Shown: positions 22,393 through 33,300 of the stretch, piece after piece
How the letters are laid out: each line of letters opens with the position of its first letter
Position numbering within the stretch: the stretch's first letter is position 1
Origin: Diploschistes diacapsis
Lineage: Eukaryota
Reading direction: 5' to 3'
DNA: 47,767 nucleotides
Assembly (NCBI GenBank): GCA_023645945.1
Contig: JALAIB010000019.1
Coordinates: 1 to 47,767 of the forward strand
Notes under the pieces: generated by a model
Told to the model about the DNA's origin: nothing
Seen by the model: the letters and a program-made list of their open reading frames with translations, nothing else
The model's database searches: none
Translations under genes and position numbers: made by a program

Positions 22393-25300
22393 ATGCAGCG
22401 GCTTCACGAATCCCAAGGGCCGTATTATCCTGTGAAGGAAATCCTTGATGAGTCGGAGACCCGCTACAAGATCTGGTGGGATGGCATAGATCCTGATACC
22501 AAACGGCCTTGGAAAATAGATTGGGTAAGGGAGACTGGTCGACAGCTCTCATGCATCTCATCTCGTTAGATTGTAGAGCTTAGGATGATCTTTTAAGCTT
22601 GGAACTTGGCTAACTTCGCCAGTAGCAACCAAAAGAGTGTGCAAACAAGGCGGCCATTGAGGACTGGGAAGAAAAAAAGCGCCAGCGAAGGAAACGCTCA
22701 AAGCGATTGAGAAGCCCCAGAAGTGGTTCGAATCTATATCCTCGCAAAAGCCGTATCCGGCCGTCTAGGCGGCGGTTCCAAGTACTATCATCACCATCCC
22801 AGTGTACGGGCGCAAGTGGACAACCAACACTGAGTAAGCGGGATCCGTTGAATCAGCCTTCAGACCACCTCTCTCAAGTCATATTCTCCGCTAAAGAAAA
22901 ACCATTCCGCGTCAAGGTCACTCTGCCTACCGCCTCTCAAAGGGAGCACTACAAAACCCAAGAGGAGCATTCATCAGGCGAGCCAATCCGGTTGCATTGT
23001 TCACCAAGGGATTTTGAAATTCCGGACAGCCAGCCCCAAAGTCCAGTCGTTGAGCCACCGAATAGTCAACATAATATAGAGTTCGGGTGCGAGATTCAGG
23101 CGGGAACGCAAGAAGAGCTTCAGCGTTTCACTCACCGACGGACATCAACGCCTATTCTCGAGTCCATTGGACCATTCGAAAGAAATCCCTCTTCGACCTC
23201 ACCTGTGAAGACACCATCTCCCTCGAATTCAGCAAGCCAGGCGTTTGTGACCCAAATAGCCTTTAGCGGCAATTGCCTTATTTCAAGCACAGTGGAGGAC
23301 ATAGTTGCGGAAGACATCGAGCAGGACAGGCAAGGGGTCCAATTCCCTCATTATCCGGCGTCTACAGAAGGATTGGAGACGCTTTCAATATCTGGTCGCA
23401 GCCATAAGCAAGTCAGATCGCTTTCTGGTTATCGAAGGGCTTCAATCCTTACTCCACGGGACCCTAATTCCCAATCGACCCGCTACAGTCAGTCCACATC
23501 TGATAAAAAATCAACCCAGTTTTCCAAGAAGTCTGAAGATCAGTTTCTTCCAGTTCAGTCTCGCTGGACGAGTTGTGCTTTCACGGCCCAGGAAAATATT
23601 ATAGAACTTTTGAGTCTACCAGCAGACAGCACAAACGACGATATGGCTAGTATTCGGCCGTCGATAGACTCACTACTTACCAATGATTCGCCGCCGGGAC
23701 CAAAGAGCTCAGGACCAACAGGCTTACGAGATCAGGTTCGAAATGCTAGGGTTTTATCTGCTGCGAACACCACGGCTCTGCGTGCAAGTCTCGGAGCAGG
23801 GCAGCCAGGAAACGACAGCAGGTCGCCCTCTATAATACCCGAACCCATTCAGTACAAGCCAGTTGGTGATTCGAGATTGGAACCTCAAATCACGGACTTG
23901 CCTGCTCCACGGCAACTGGCTCCTCTCAGCCCTCATGCTCCTCACAAGCCTAGCAAACTCTCTTCTCCTCCGCACACAGCCGAAGTGGACAATATTACAC
24001 AGCTCGATCCGCCAAAGCTCGGACACGCTTCTTACATCGTATCTTTACCTCTCAACGGCCGTGTGCGAGAACAGTATTACTCAATGATCCACCACTACCA
24101 ACGACCCTCTAGCAATATCATTTCCATGCTTTATCCAGATGAAGCTACAGTGAAAGGCGTTGAAAAAATGCTGATTCACTTGGATAATATTACCAACCAC
24201 GTTGATCTGGAGGACGAGTCGGTATCGAGCAATGATCAGACACCGAAGGACGAATCGAACTGGACTATGGCCTGCAATGCCAAGTTTCGATTCTTGAAGC
24301 ATCTGTTGCACCAACTGCGTGAAGAGATTTTGCATATTGCTATCGTCGCTCAGCCAGGACGCCTTCTCGAAATCCTAGAGAGGTTTATCATATTCAACCG
24401 GCTAGCGAATGTAACTAGAATCGGCTCGCAAACCAAGACACCCAATGTCCGAATGCCTGCTGTTACAGAAAATCCCCTAAGAGTAACACTAGTTGGGTCC
24501 GCCAACGTCTACGAAGCAGAAAAACTCCCACACGCTGACTTAGTCATTGCCTTCGACTCGACATTCAATCCACTATCATCTTCAGCCGCTGCCCTACGTC
24601 GGCACCCTATGCAGCCGGATCGGCTGTCTCCTGTCATATATCCCATGGTTTATTCAGCTGTCGAACACATTGAGCGTTGTATTCCGAGCATGAGGTCGCA
24701 CATCGATCAATTGAGGGTGAAGACACAGTGCATTCTCCAGACCCAGGGAGATATCGGAGAGTTGCTACCTGAAGAAGCCTCGCCAGAAGCAGCAGCGGAA
24801 GAGGTTGCAGCATTTCTCATAAAGGGCGGAACGGAACAGGCGTGGACACTTTGCGATATAAGACCCATTGAGCTCACGGGACTGGAACTCGAGCTAGCAC
24901 CACAAGTGCCTCCATCTGTACCAGGCACCGACCGATATACAGAAATTCTGAGTCGAAAAAGATATCTGGTTTGTTAGAAACTATCTTGTGATAGAGTTGA
25001 CTAACGTGTGGAAGGATGCACTTGAGAACGAGGATGCGCAAACAAAGAGGCGACGAGTGACACCGAACCCAGACGCTACTCACATCAGCAACTCGCTCCC
25101 GTCGCCCAACAGTGAGTTCATGGATCTCCGTAGAAAACTCGCCAAGGCCGAAGCCGCTCTGAGTGCAGAGCGAAAAGCGCATGCCGATACTGGAGCGTCG
25201 TTGCAATCCCTCGTTGATACCAAAGAGCGCGAGGTTCGCGAGCAAGCGCACGACATCCACAAGCTCCAAACCCGGTACGAGCACCTCCACAAGGAGCAAA

Positions 25301-26010
25301 GTACTTTGCGCAATCGGATTTCTGAGCTCGAGAGGGGCGGCGCCCAGCAAGCGGAACGCTGCACCAAGCTCCTCTCCGACCTTGAAGAAATGCGCGAGGA
25401 TAGAAATACGATCCGCAACGAGCTCAAAGCGGCACAGGAGCGCCTCGAGAAATCCGAGGTCCCCGAGATCGCGCAGTTGCAGCGGCTGCAGCTGGAGAAC
25501 AAGAAGCTCGCGAACGAGCGAGCGGCTGCCGACCGTCGCGCCGCAAGCGCGCAGGGAGATCAAGAGTACGCGCAAAAAGTCTACCAGGACGCGTCGTCCA
25601 GCGCGGTTGAGTCGGCCAAGAGAATCAAGGAGCTAGAGGCGCAGCTCGCCTTGAACAGATCGCTCGCGACGGGCGAGGCGGTCAAGCTCAAGAAGGTGAA
25701 CAACGACGAGGAGGTGAAGCAGTACCAGGACGAGCTTGCAAGGCTGAATGCCGAGGTGGAGGCATTGACGGAGTCGCTCAGGAAAAAGGGGGAGGTCAGG
25801 GGACGGGGCATGAATACGAGGGGCGGGAGCGTGGCGCCTAGGAGTCCCAGGCTCGGGAACGTGAGTCCCGCGAGAAGCAGGGCCAACAGCAGGACGCCTG
25901 GAATGGGTGCGGGGGCGGTTCTGGGCCAGGGAGTGGGTGCGGGGAGCAGGCCGGTCAGTCCGATGAGAAGTCTTCATGCGACGAGGAAGGGAAGGGGCAC
26001 GGCGGAGTGA
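22393..26010 (+). CDS. Chromodomain + HDA2/HDA3-like domain + coiled-coil protein (5' end uncertain)
   Basis: Exons about 22393-22524, 22626-24968, 25015-26010. Chromo-like YPVKEILDE...YKIWW...W|QPKECANKAAIEDWE; HDA2/3-like YIVSLPL, NHVDL, AKFRFL, DLVIAFD, PVIYPMVYSAVEHIE; long heptad-rich C-terminus. Further upstream exons are possible. Confidence 0.7.
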
Positions 26011-26115
26011 AGGAGGGGTGTGGGGTTTTCAGCGATGATTCTATTTTTCGGTCCATATTCTATACCGAAAACAAAGCATTTCCAGCCAGCGTTACTGGTA
26101 CAACTTTGAAGTACG

Positions 26116-26136
26116 CATCATCATCATCATCATCAT
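26116..26136. repeat. (CAT)7 microsatellite
   Basis: Directly visible just downstream of the chromodomain gene. Confidence 0.9.
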
Positions 26137-26512
26137 CGGTGCGTATTGCAGACTTGGTAACAAGGCCATGATGCGCCCCGGAGCTCAACGCGTGAAGGGT
26201 GCGAGATGCCCCGGGGAGTGCGTTCCAGGAGGCTTTGTGGTAGGCTGTGAGATCCTCGGGGGCTGATGTTGGCTGCTGGTCCCTGCGCGTAGCAAAGTAA
26301 TTCACCCTAGATAGAGAAGCCCCGCTTTGGTTATTTATTCTAGTATGTCTATCTATGTCGGGAGTTGGATTCTTTGCTGGATCATCGGCGATGCTCTTCG
26401 ATGCATCATTACCATTGTCGTCGGGCCCCTGGTTCCAGATGAGATGATGGCGACCCGAGCCGTCTGGTTCGATTCATGTTGGTCGAGGATCCAGGCATCT
26501 CGATTTGGGGCC

Positions 26513-26544
26513 TGATGGCTTGATGGCTTGATGGCTTGATGGCT
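26513..26544. repeat. (TGATGGCT)4 tandem repeat
   Basis: Four perfect 8-mer units in intergenic DNA. Confidence 0.9.
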
Positions 26545-27299
26545 TGTGTTTCTGCGCTCTACAGTATCCACCCCATATGCCCGCACCGGGATCCAGATTA
26601 TCAAAGCGCCCGGTGGGGGAGTCCTGGCACAATACGTGCAGTGGAAAATCCACACGATAAGGCCATATCGGGGCAGTGCTTTCTGGAGAAATACTTATCT
26701 GGTGATAATTTTTACACCTTTGTTGTCGTGATGTATGATCTTTGCATGCAAGGTTGGGTTGGGCGAGAGATGGTTCCTCAAGCGCGATGTAATTGATCAG
26801 GTGGGTTTGATTTTGTTGTCTTACATAATCAGAAACATCATTGTGGGGCGCTGCCTGTACCACTTCCTCTATGACATCGGCTAGCCTTTCACCTTTCATG
26901 TATCTACTCGTAGAGGTATTTTTACAAAGCTCTGCTTCCATCACTCGCCGCTAACCAGAATCGTACGTTTAAAAGTATTCTGAAGGTCCGATTGGTTGTT
27001 AGAAGCCAAGCGTGGCAAACACGCTAGTGAAATGCCACTCACCAGCTTTGAACCCACAGCCCAGGCCTCCCAGCCAATGTGCTTTGCTTACTAAAGTGTA
27101 CTAAAGGCGGGAGGTCTAGCGTTTCAACAGGGGCCGAGGATTGTAATTTGGTGTAAAAAGCGTTTGACAATTACGGTTGGGAAGGTTGAGGATTGAACCC
27201 AATCGATAGTAATCGATCCTCAGGGGGTATGTCAGATTTTCAGCGAATTGGCGTGGGGATCGAGGGGCAATCGTCAGGACAGGCTTGGGGGTGCGCCTT

Positions 27300-27315
27300 A
27301 TGAGTCATGAGTCAT
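27300..27315. promoter_or_regulatory. Two overlapping ATGAGTCAT Gcn4/CpcA (AP-1-type) sites
   Basis: ATGAGTCATGAGTCAT about 570 nt upstream of the ATG at 27885. It matches the optimal Gcn4 9-mer twice. Function untested. Confidence 0.5.
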
Positions 27316-27884
27316 GACACGAGAAAGTGGTGCACACAAGGGTCCACCCGATGTCATAAAAGCTAGTAAGCTTAGAACCCTGAACTCAAAGGGGGATCTT
27401 CTGGGCTCGAGTCAGTTACAGTACTAGTACCATATACGGGGCACTGTTATTTATATTTAGTAGCAGTAAACTAGTAATGTGTCTATGAGACGATGACTAA
27501 CCAAATGTACTCGGGACAGCTCCGCCTTGGCCCTTGGCCCTTGTCATTGTCACTATTCTCCGATCTCCTTCACAAACCTGAGATCCGTGAGTTTGGTGTG
27601 ATACAATTTGCTCCTCTTATGAAATCATTTATCCTGCTGTTTGCAGCAAACCCCCAGCCCGCACGCCAACCCACGCCTTACAACCTTCCCTTACTTCTTA
27701 AGACTTGACCCTTCGCAGACAAGTTCTTGACCGTCTATTCTTCTCAACCCATCCAAACAACAATACCCTTCAACTACGATCAACACCCCACTCTTCGACT
27801 TCAATCTCCTCACCAAGCAAAACATCGTATACATACCAATCATTCTTCAATAACCCACCATCCTTGCCTCTTAAACTTCACAAA

Positions 27885-28160
27885 ATGGCTTCAGCAACTG
27901 TCCATACAACCTCTAGCATCGAGGAGCCTACCCCCGCTCAGGAGCACTTCACAGACAACTACGATCTCGACCACCCTATCGACGCCATCCAGGACTACGC
28001 GAGGCTCATGTTCAGGCACACCAAGGTTCAGATGGATAACGCCAGCACATCATCTCGCCGACGAGCTGCTAATGACGGTGTGCCCGCCGTGGCCAACCTA
28101 TCCACATCAGAGTCAACAGACAGCAGCATCGACAGCGTTGACGGCCAGAAAAATCCGTAA
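27885..28160 (+). CDS. Small conserved fungal hypothetical protein (91 aa)
   Basis: Good start context (CAAAATGG) after a C/A-rich leader and coding-like codon usage. The core PIDAIQDYARLMFRHTKVQM resembles small Pezizomycotina proteins I recall with a YxRxMHxHTKxQM core. Confidence 0.65.
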   Translation: MASATVHTTSSIEEPTPAQEHFTDNYDLDHPIDAIQDYARLMFRHTKVQMDNASTSSRRRAANDGVPAVANLSTSESTDSSIDSVDGQKNP

Positions 28161-29093
28161 AACCAATTGGTCTAAATTCGAAAACGTTCCTCAAGACCCC
28201 ACCGGTTTCCCCTTGCGGCTCTTCGCCTGATTCTATTCGACCTTCATCCACTTTGTCTTTAGCGGTCTCGCCTTCTACTTTCCACAAGCGAGGAATTTAT
28301 CATCAACATCAGCATATATCGTGACGGTGGTATGCGAGGCATTGGGTGGTGTTTTGATGTGCATTACGGGGTAGCATACTGCATGAGCATTGGGTGGCAT
28401 TACCTCTTATGTATTATTATGGATATCACGGCCGCAAAGACCGGTTAAACCAATATGAGATACTTACCTCATGATTCACACCCTGCACTCTCACTATATC
28501 CACCGCGATTACATGTTTGTCTTGGGGCATCATTGGATCTATCCCCCGCGAAGGGCATATGGCCCTTATTTCCAACGAATTAATCTGGGCCGTAGCGAAA
28601 GAGCCATCATAGTTCCCCAATCTAGTTCAGTCCTCCTCGGAATTCCTATGTGACTTGACAAATTTACAGGGCATCAGTGACTTCTGCCAAATGTTTCCAC
28701 GAAGGGTCGGCCTCTGATACAGATAAAGTCATCCGGAAGGAAGCAATGACTGGCTAGAGCGTTCCGCTCGGTCGAACCTGTAAACCATTTTTCCTCGGCG
28801 ACAGCCAATGCCATCCGGGAATTAAAATCGTGCGAACAGTTATTGAGGGGAGGCTGGACGTCCAGTACTACCTAGGTAACAGCGACTTGAGTCGACATAT
28901 TATTGCTGCATGGCCCTCGACGGGCTGAATTTGTTTGGAATGGACTGCTCGGTTTTGATTGCACACCCAACGTGTGAAGCTGGCCTCCGTTGCAAATTAT
29001 ACCTACATTCAATAAATCTCGGGTGCAGTCCAGGAACTTAGGAACTAGACAACTTTACACCACACATCCAAGTCCGCCAAAGCCATGTTACAT

Positions 29094-29894
29094 TCACACA
29101 TACCCCTTTCTCGCCCCTGTGAAGAAAAACCGCACGATAAAAACCTGCAAGCCCGCCATGGCAACCATCATCCCGCTCTCGATGATGCTGAAATTGAAGA
29201 TCCTCTTCTCCGTGCTCCTGACCGTACTCAGGTTTCGGTTCTCCCGGGTGCGGAAGTACTTCTGGTTACGCGAGATGGTGGACAGGTGACCCGAGACCTT
29301 GAAGAGCGATTCCTCCAGCGCCGATGTTTGCTCCGGGGTCGTGCCTTGTTTCTGGGGGAGGGCGGCGGAGCGGGATTCGCCTTCCACCTAGTGATGCGGG
29401 ATGCGTTGGTTATTGAAGGATAGGATAGGATAGACCAGCTCGAGAAAAGGAAAAGAGATGGGAAGGGGGAGGGCGTACGGCGAGCTCAAAGTCCACCATC
29501 TTGTCCGTCAGCGTCGACATCTCGTTGTCGAAGCAAACCCGATAATCGCCCGTCTCCGTCGCCGTGAACACGAAGTCGCCCTGCCGCTCCTTCTTGCCGG
29601 ACATGACCACCCTGTCGTTCGGTCCTGCGACTTCGTAGTCGATGTCGAAGGAGCCGCCGGTTTGGACCTGTTGGGAGGCAATAGAATATATTAGATCTTG
29701 GCCGCCAGCGACAGCTTTGGAGTGCGGTGCTTGACACTCACGGCAAAGTAGAAAGCTATCTTGCTGCCCCCCTTGTCTACCGTCGTGAAAAAACATATCT
29801 TCTCGTTGGGGACGATTTTGTACGTCAGCGCCGTTGCCGAGACTAAGGAGCATAGGCAGGCGAATAAGCCCAACAGGGCAAGAGGTAGCCGCAT
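29094..29894 (-). CDS. p24/emp24/gp25L family cargo receptor (Erp3-like)
   Basis: Exons 29894-29742, 29667-29479, 29387-29094. Signal peptide, GOLD domain (FYFAVQTGGSFDIDY, YRVCFDNEMS), coiled coil YFRTRENRN, TM helix, FF..ARKGYV tail. Confidence 0.93.
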
Positions 29895-30303
29895 CCCCGC
29901 GGCAGCTGGAGATAGTGGGGATGCGATGAGGGTCGTCGCAGTCTTCGTGCCTGGATTCAGAGTCGTTCCTCAAGGGGATAGACAGTTTCTTGCGCCAAGA
30001 TCAAGATCCGGGGGGTTCGGCGGACGGGATTTCAAAAGCTTGGGCCACTTCAGTTTTCAGTTACATAGGCGGTCCCCGGAAGTTGCTTAGCGCGACATGA
30101 CGGTGGGAAGCTCTGGTTTACTGCAGACTGCAAAGCGAGGGAAGGGCATTGTAATGCTATTCAGCAATTTTATCCTTTGTTTTACTCACACACGACTGAT
30201 CCCTTGGCTTAAACAATTCCCCTTCTAACTGTACTCACTATGCGCAGCCTCAAGCGCAATCTGACAGTTTCCTTGGTCTTGTTCGTTACTATTTAGAGGT
30301 GCA

Positions 30304-33300
30304 ATGGCCTTCGCTACCAAAACGCGGCTCCCCATCGCACGACTCGAACCTTCTGTCGATGCGACAACCACCTACGTCCAAGGCGCGATAACTCTCGTGT
30401 GGCCCTATTCATCCTCGAAGCAAACATGGAGCTTCCTCCTCGTCGAGCCCGACTTCCGCCTCCGCCGGCAACGCGGTCAGGTGCGCATTTCATTCTCAGG
30501 CGCATGCGCGAGACGTACAGCACGTTCAGGAATTGCTAGTGGAGACGAGATTAGTCTCGCGCTTGATGGGGCGCGATGGGAAGAGGACGCAGCGCAAGAC
30601 CAGACACCTGGCAGGAGCGTGGGATGGACGCTTGCTTTTGGGAAGAGGGTGATTTTCGAAAGAGTAAGGGAAGTACAAGAAGGTAACCTGGTAGATACAG
30701 ATCGCATGAGCCCGTCGCCTGAGCCGGAGCAGTCGTTACTTTCTATAACTCCTCCTGGGACTCCTATCGAAATTTTGCACACGCCGATCAACAAAGCGAT
30801 ATCCACGCTGAAAAGGAATCAGACTGCATGGTCCTCGCCAGCCTTCCTCAAGAACGGTGCATCTCCGTCCTTGCCTTTCTTCGGCCGAGCAGCAGATCCA
30901 TTTTGGGATGAAGAAGGATGGGAACAAGGGCCGCCTGCGAAACGGGCAAAGTTCGGGCGAGGAAGTGGACAATGGCGCTTCGTGGAACGCACGCCCAGTC
31001 CAGATCCGAAAGCCCAGCTCGAGTCAAAGGCTGAGGTGCAATCTGGGACTGGCGTTCAAGTCGAACAACACGAAGCTCAGCCAGAGCAAGGAGATCAGAT
31101 GCGAATGGGAGATGAGACTCCCATTGGTCAGCCTGAAATCCAATCAGAGCCAGGTTCTCAACCTCAAGTAGACCCAGAAGTCATACTTCGCCAGTTTGCT
31201 ATTGGATCTGAATCTGTATTTCGGGCCGCACCAAAGTTACAAGGGGTATTCCTGACCCTAAGACCCACCGACGAAGATGCTGAAAGCAAGCCACCAGACG
31301 AACTGTCGCTTGTAGTGTCAGAAAGGAACTTTGGCAGCCGATCTGGGGATAGCTCTGTCAATCCTAATGAGAATGAAGATCTTGAGATGCTTGAGGTTGC
31401 CGATGCAGACCAAGGGCATATAGATCATGCCATTTCTATCCCTGATACTACAGATGAGGAAGAGAGCCACGAGCCTGGGTACGCCGACCTCGAAGACCAA
31501 GAAACAGAGGCATCGGTGCAGACAGAAATCTATCCTGACCTTCCAGATACACGCCACACCCCAACCCCTTCTCTTGCAACATCCCACGGGCAGGCCTTAG
31601 CGGACGCGCAACCACGCTCTTCGCCTTATGCAAACCTGATGTCGTCGCCTACGCTAGCAAGCTCGCCTCCATTCAAACACGCGGAAGCAAGGTCGTTCCG
31701 AGAAAACCCTTCCGTCCTACGTCTAGATGTCGAGGTTCAGCGAGCTACGCCATGTCCTGATAGCCTTTCAGATGAAGAAGCTGAAGTGCCGGACACTCCT
31801 CGATTACAGCCATCGCCGTCACCGGTGGGCATTGTTTCTCCTCTCGAACATCAGCCACGGGCTCAATCAACATTTTCTGCTACACAGAAGTGGGTGAGCG
31901 ACTCATCTCAGAGCTCTTCACCGCAACCTCCACAACCTCCGGTATCCGGTGAGGTGCTTTCAATATCCCGGCTCATGCGCCACGAACTCGAAGAGCAAGC
32001 ATCTGCAGACGAAACTGAAGAATATTCGTCTAGTTTTGCCACGCAAGAAGGAGAAGTCGAAGTCTTGAATCCGACCTTTGTAGCATCACAGTCTGTTTCA
32101 ATAGGGTCTCACTCTGGTGAAGAATCGGACGGGAGCAGCGGTGATGTGGAAGAGGTCTCTGCCAAATTTATGAAGCAGGAAGTATCTTCTGTGCCTTCAG
32201 AGATGAGGGAACATATACTACGATCATCTCCTGCTGTGGCTCCTCGACCAGGCTCTCAATCCCGTCCAATTGAGTTGGATGATGACGAATCAAACTCTGA
32301 ACAGGCAGATGATTTGGACGACGACGAATCGAGCCTCGAACAAGCAGAGGAGTTACATGCAGAGAATTCAGTTGCCGGAAAGGGTCAAGATAACAGCGTC
32401 TACAAAGATTTCGTGCATGTCGCTACAGCTGCTGTCGCCACCAACTTTGCTCCTCCGGAAGATACCGAATCTCAGCCCATATTTTACGACATTCCAGACC
32501 TCGAAGAAGAGGCGACTACACTTCCAGAGGGTGCAAGAGATGAAGGCGCAGGGCCGAGTGTGCCTCAACCAACACTGCAAAAGCAAGATACTTTGTTCGA
32601 ACGGATGATGGTCGACATTGAACTAGAAAGTCCCCCTGTTTCAACTACCATGGGTTCTGAAGCCCAGATCGAGCACGTTGTGAGGCAAGAGGTAGACGAG
32701 ATGGCGGAGGACGGTGAAGCTGAAGACACGAGATTAGTCGCTCACGGAGCGCTTCAGGTGCAGGAGACTGATGACTCATACTCTTCTCCTGACGCAGACG
32801 GGCAAAGGATGCCAGACCAGGCTAAATCCCTCTCTGACGCACCTAGCTATCAAGAAGAAGAGGTTGAAGAGGAGGATGAAGAGGAGGAAGAGGAAGCTGG
32901 GCTGGATGAAGAGACATTTGCGGGTCCGGATATGCCAGGACCCCTGGGTATCATACAAGACCTCGGACAGAAAAGCCAGGGAATACAGGATACATATCAT
33001 GACGAACTAGACCTACCCAAATCAGAAGTTGCAACAAAGGAGATTGATGTAACCACAGTCAGCACTGAAGACAATGTGGGCTCGAGCGGTTTAGAGAAAT
33101 CCTCACAGATCCTAGAAGAACCAATAATACCCAAGGACAATGTACAAGTCGTTGTGGAGAGGGCCACAACTAAGGGTCGAGAAGAGAAGTACAGGAAACA
33201 CTTTGAAGAGCCAGCTACTGAGCAATCAGAAGACTCACGTGAGTTTCACAAGGACTTGGAAAGGCTCGAGGCAAATGAGCCGAGTGAATCTGCCGAAGGA

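Noticed and set aside
22720..22740. GGTTCGAATC tRNA T-loop-like motif
   Set aside because: It lies inside a coding exon, with no acceptor stem, D-arm or anticodon arm.
24874..25977. Long antisense and alternative-frame ORFs over GC-rich exons (also over the septin, PWP2 and GFA genes)
   Set aside because: Expected shadows of high-GC3 coding sequence, with no independent motifs.
26060..26944. Several 60-156 aa ORFs between the chromodomain gene and the small protein
   Set aside because: No recognisable motifs, mostly non-ATG starts, and partly built from the 8-mer and CAT repeats.
28460..28620. ATACTTACCT resembling the U1 snRNA 5' end, with TGCACTC nearby
   Set aside because: The U1A-loop-like motif is too close to the 5' end, and no U1-70K loop or clear Sm site is present. 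It is equally the reverse complement of a generic splice donor.
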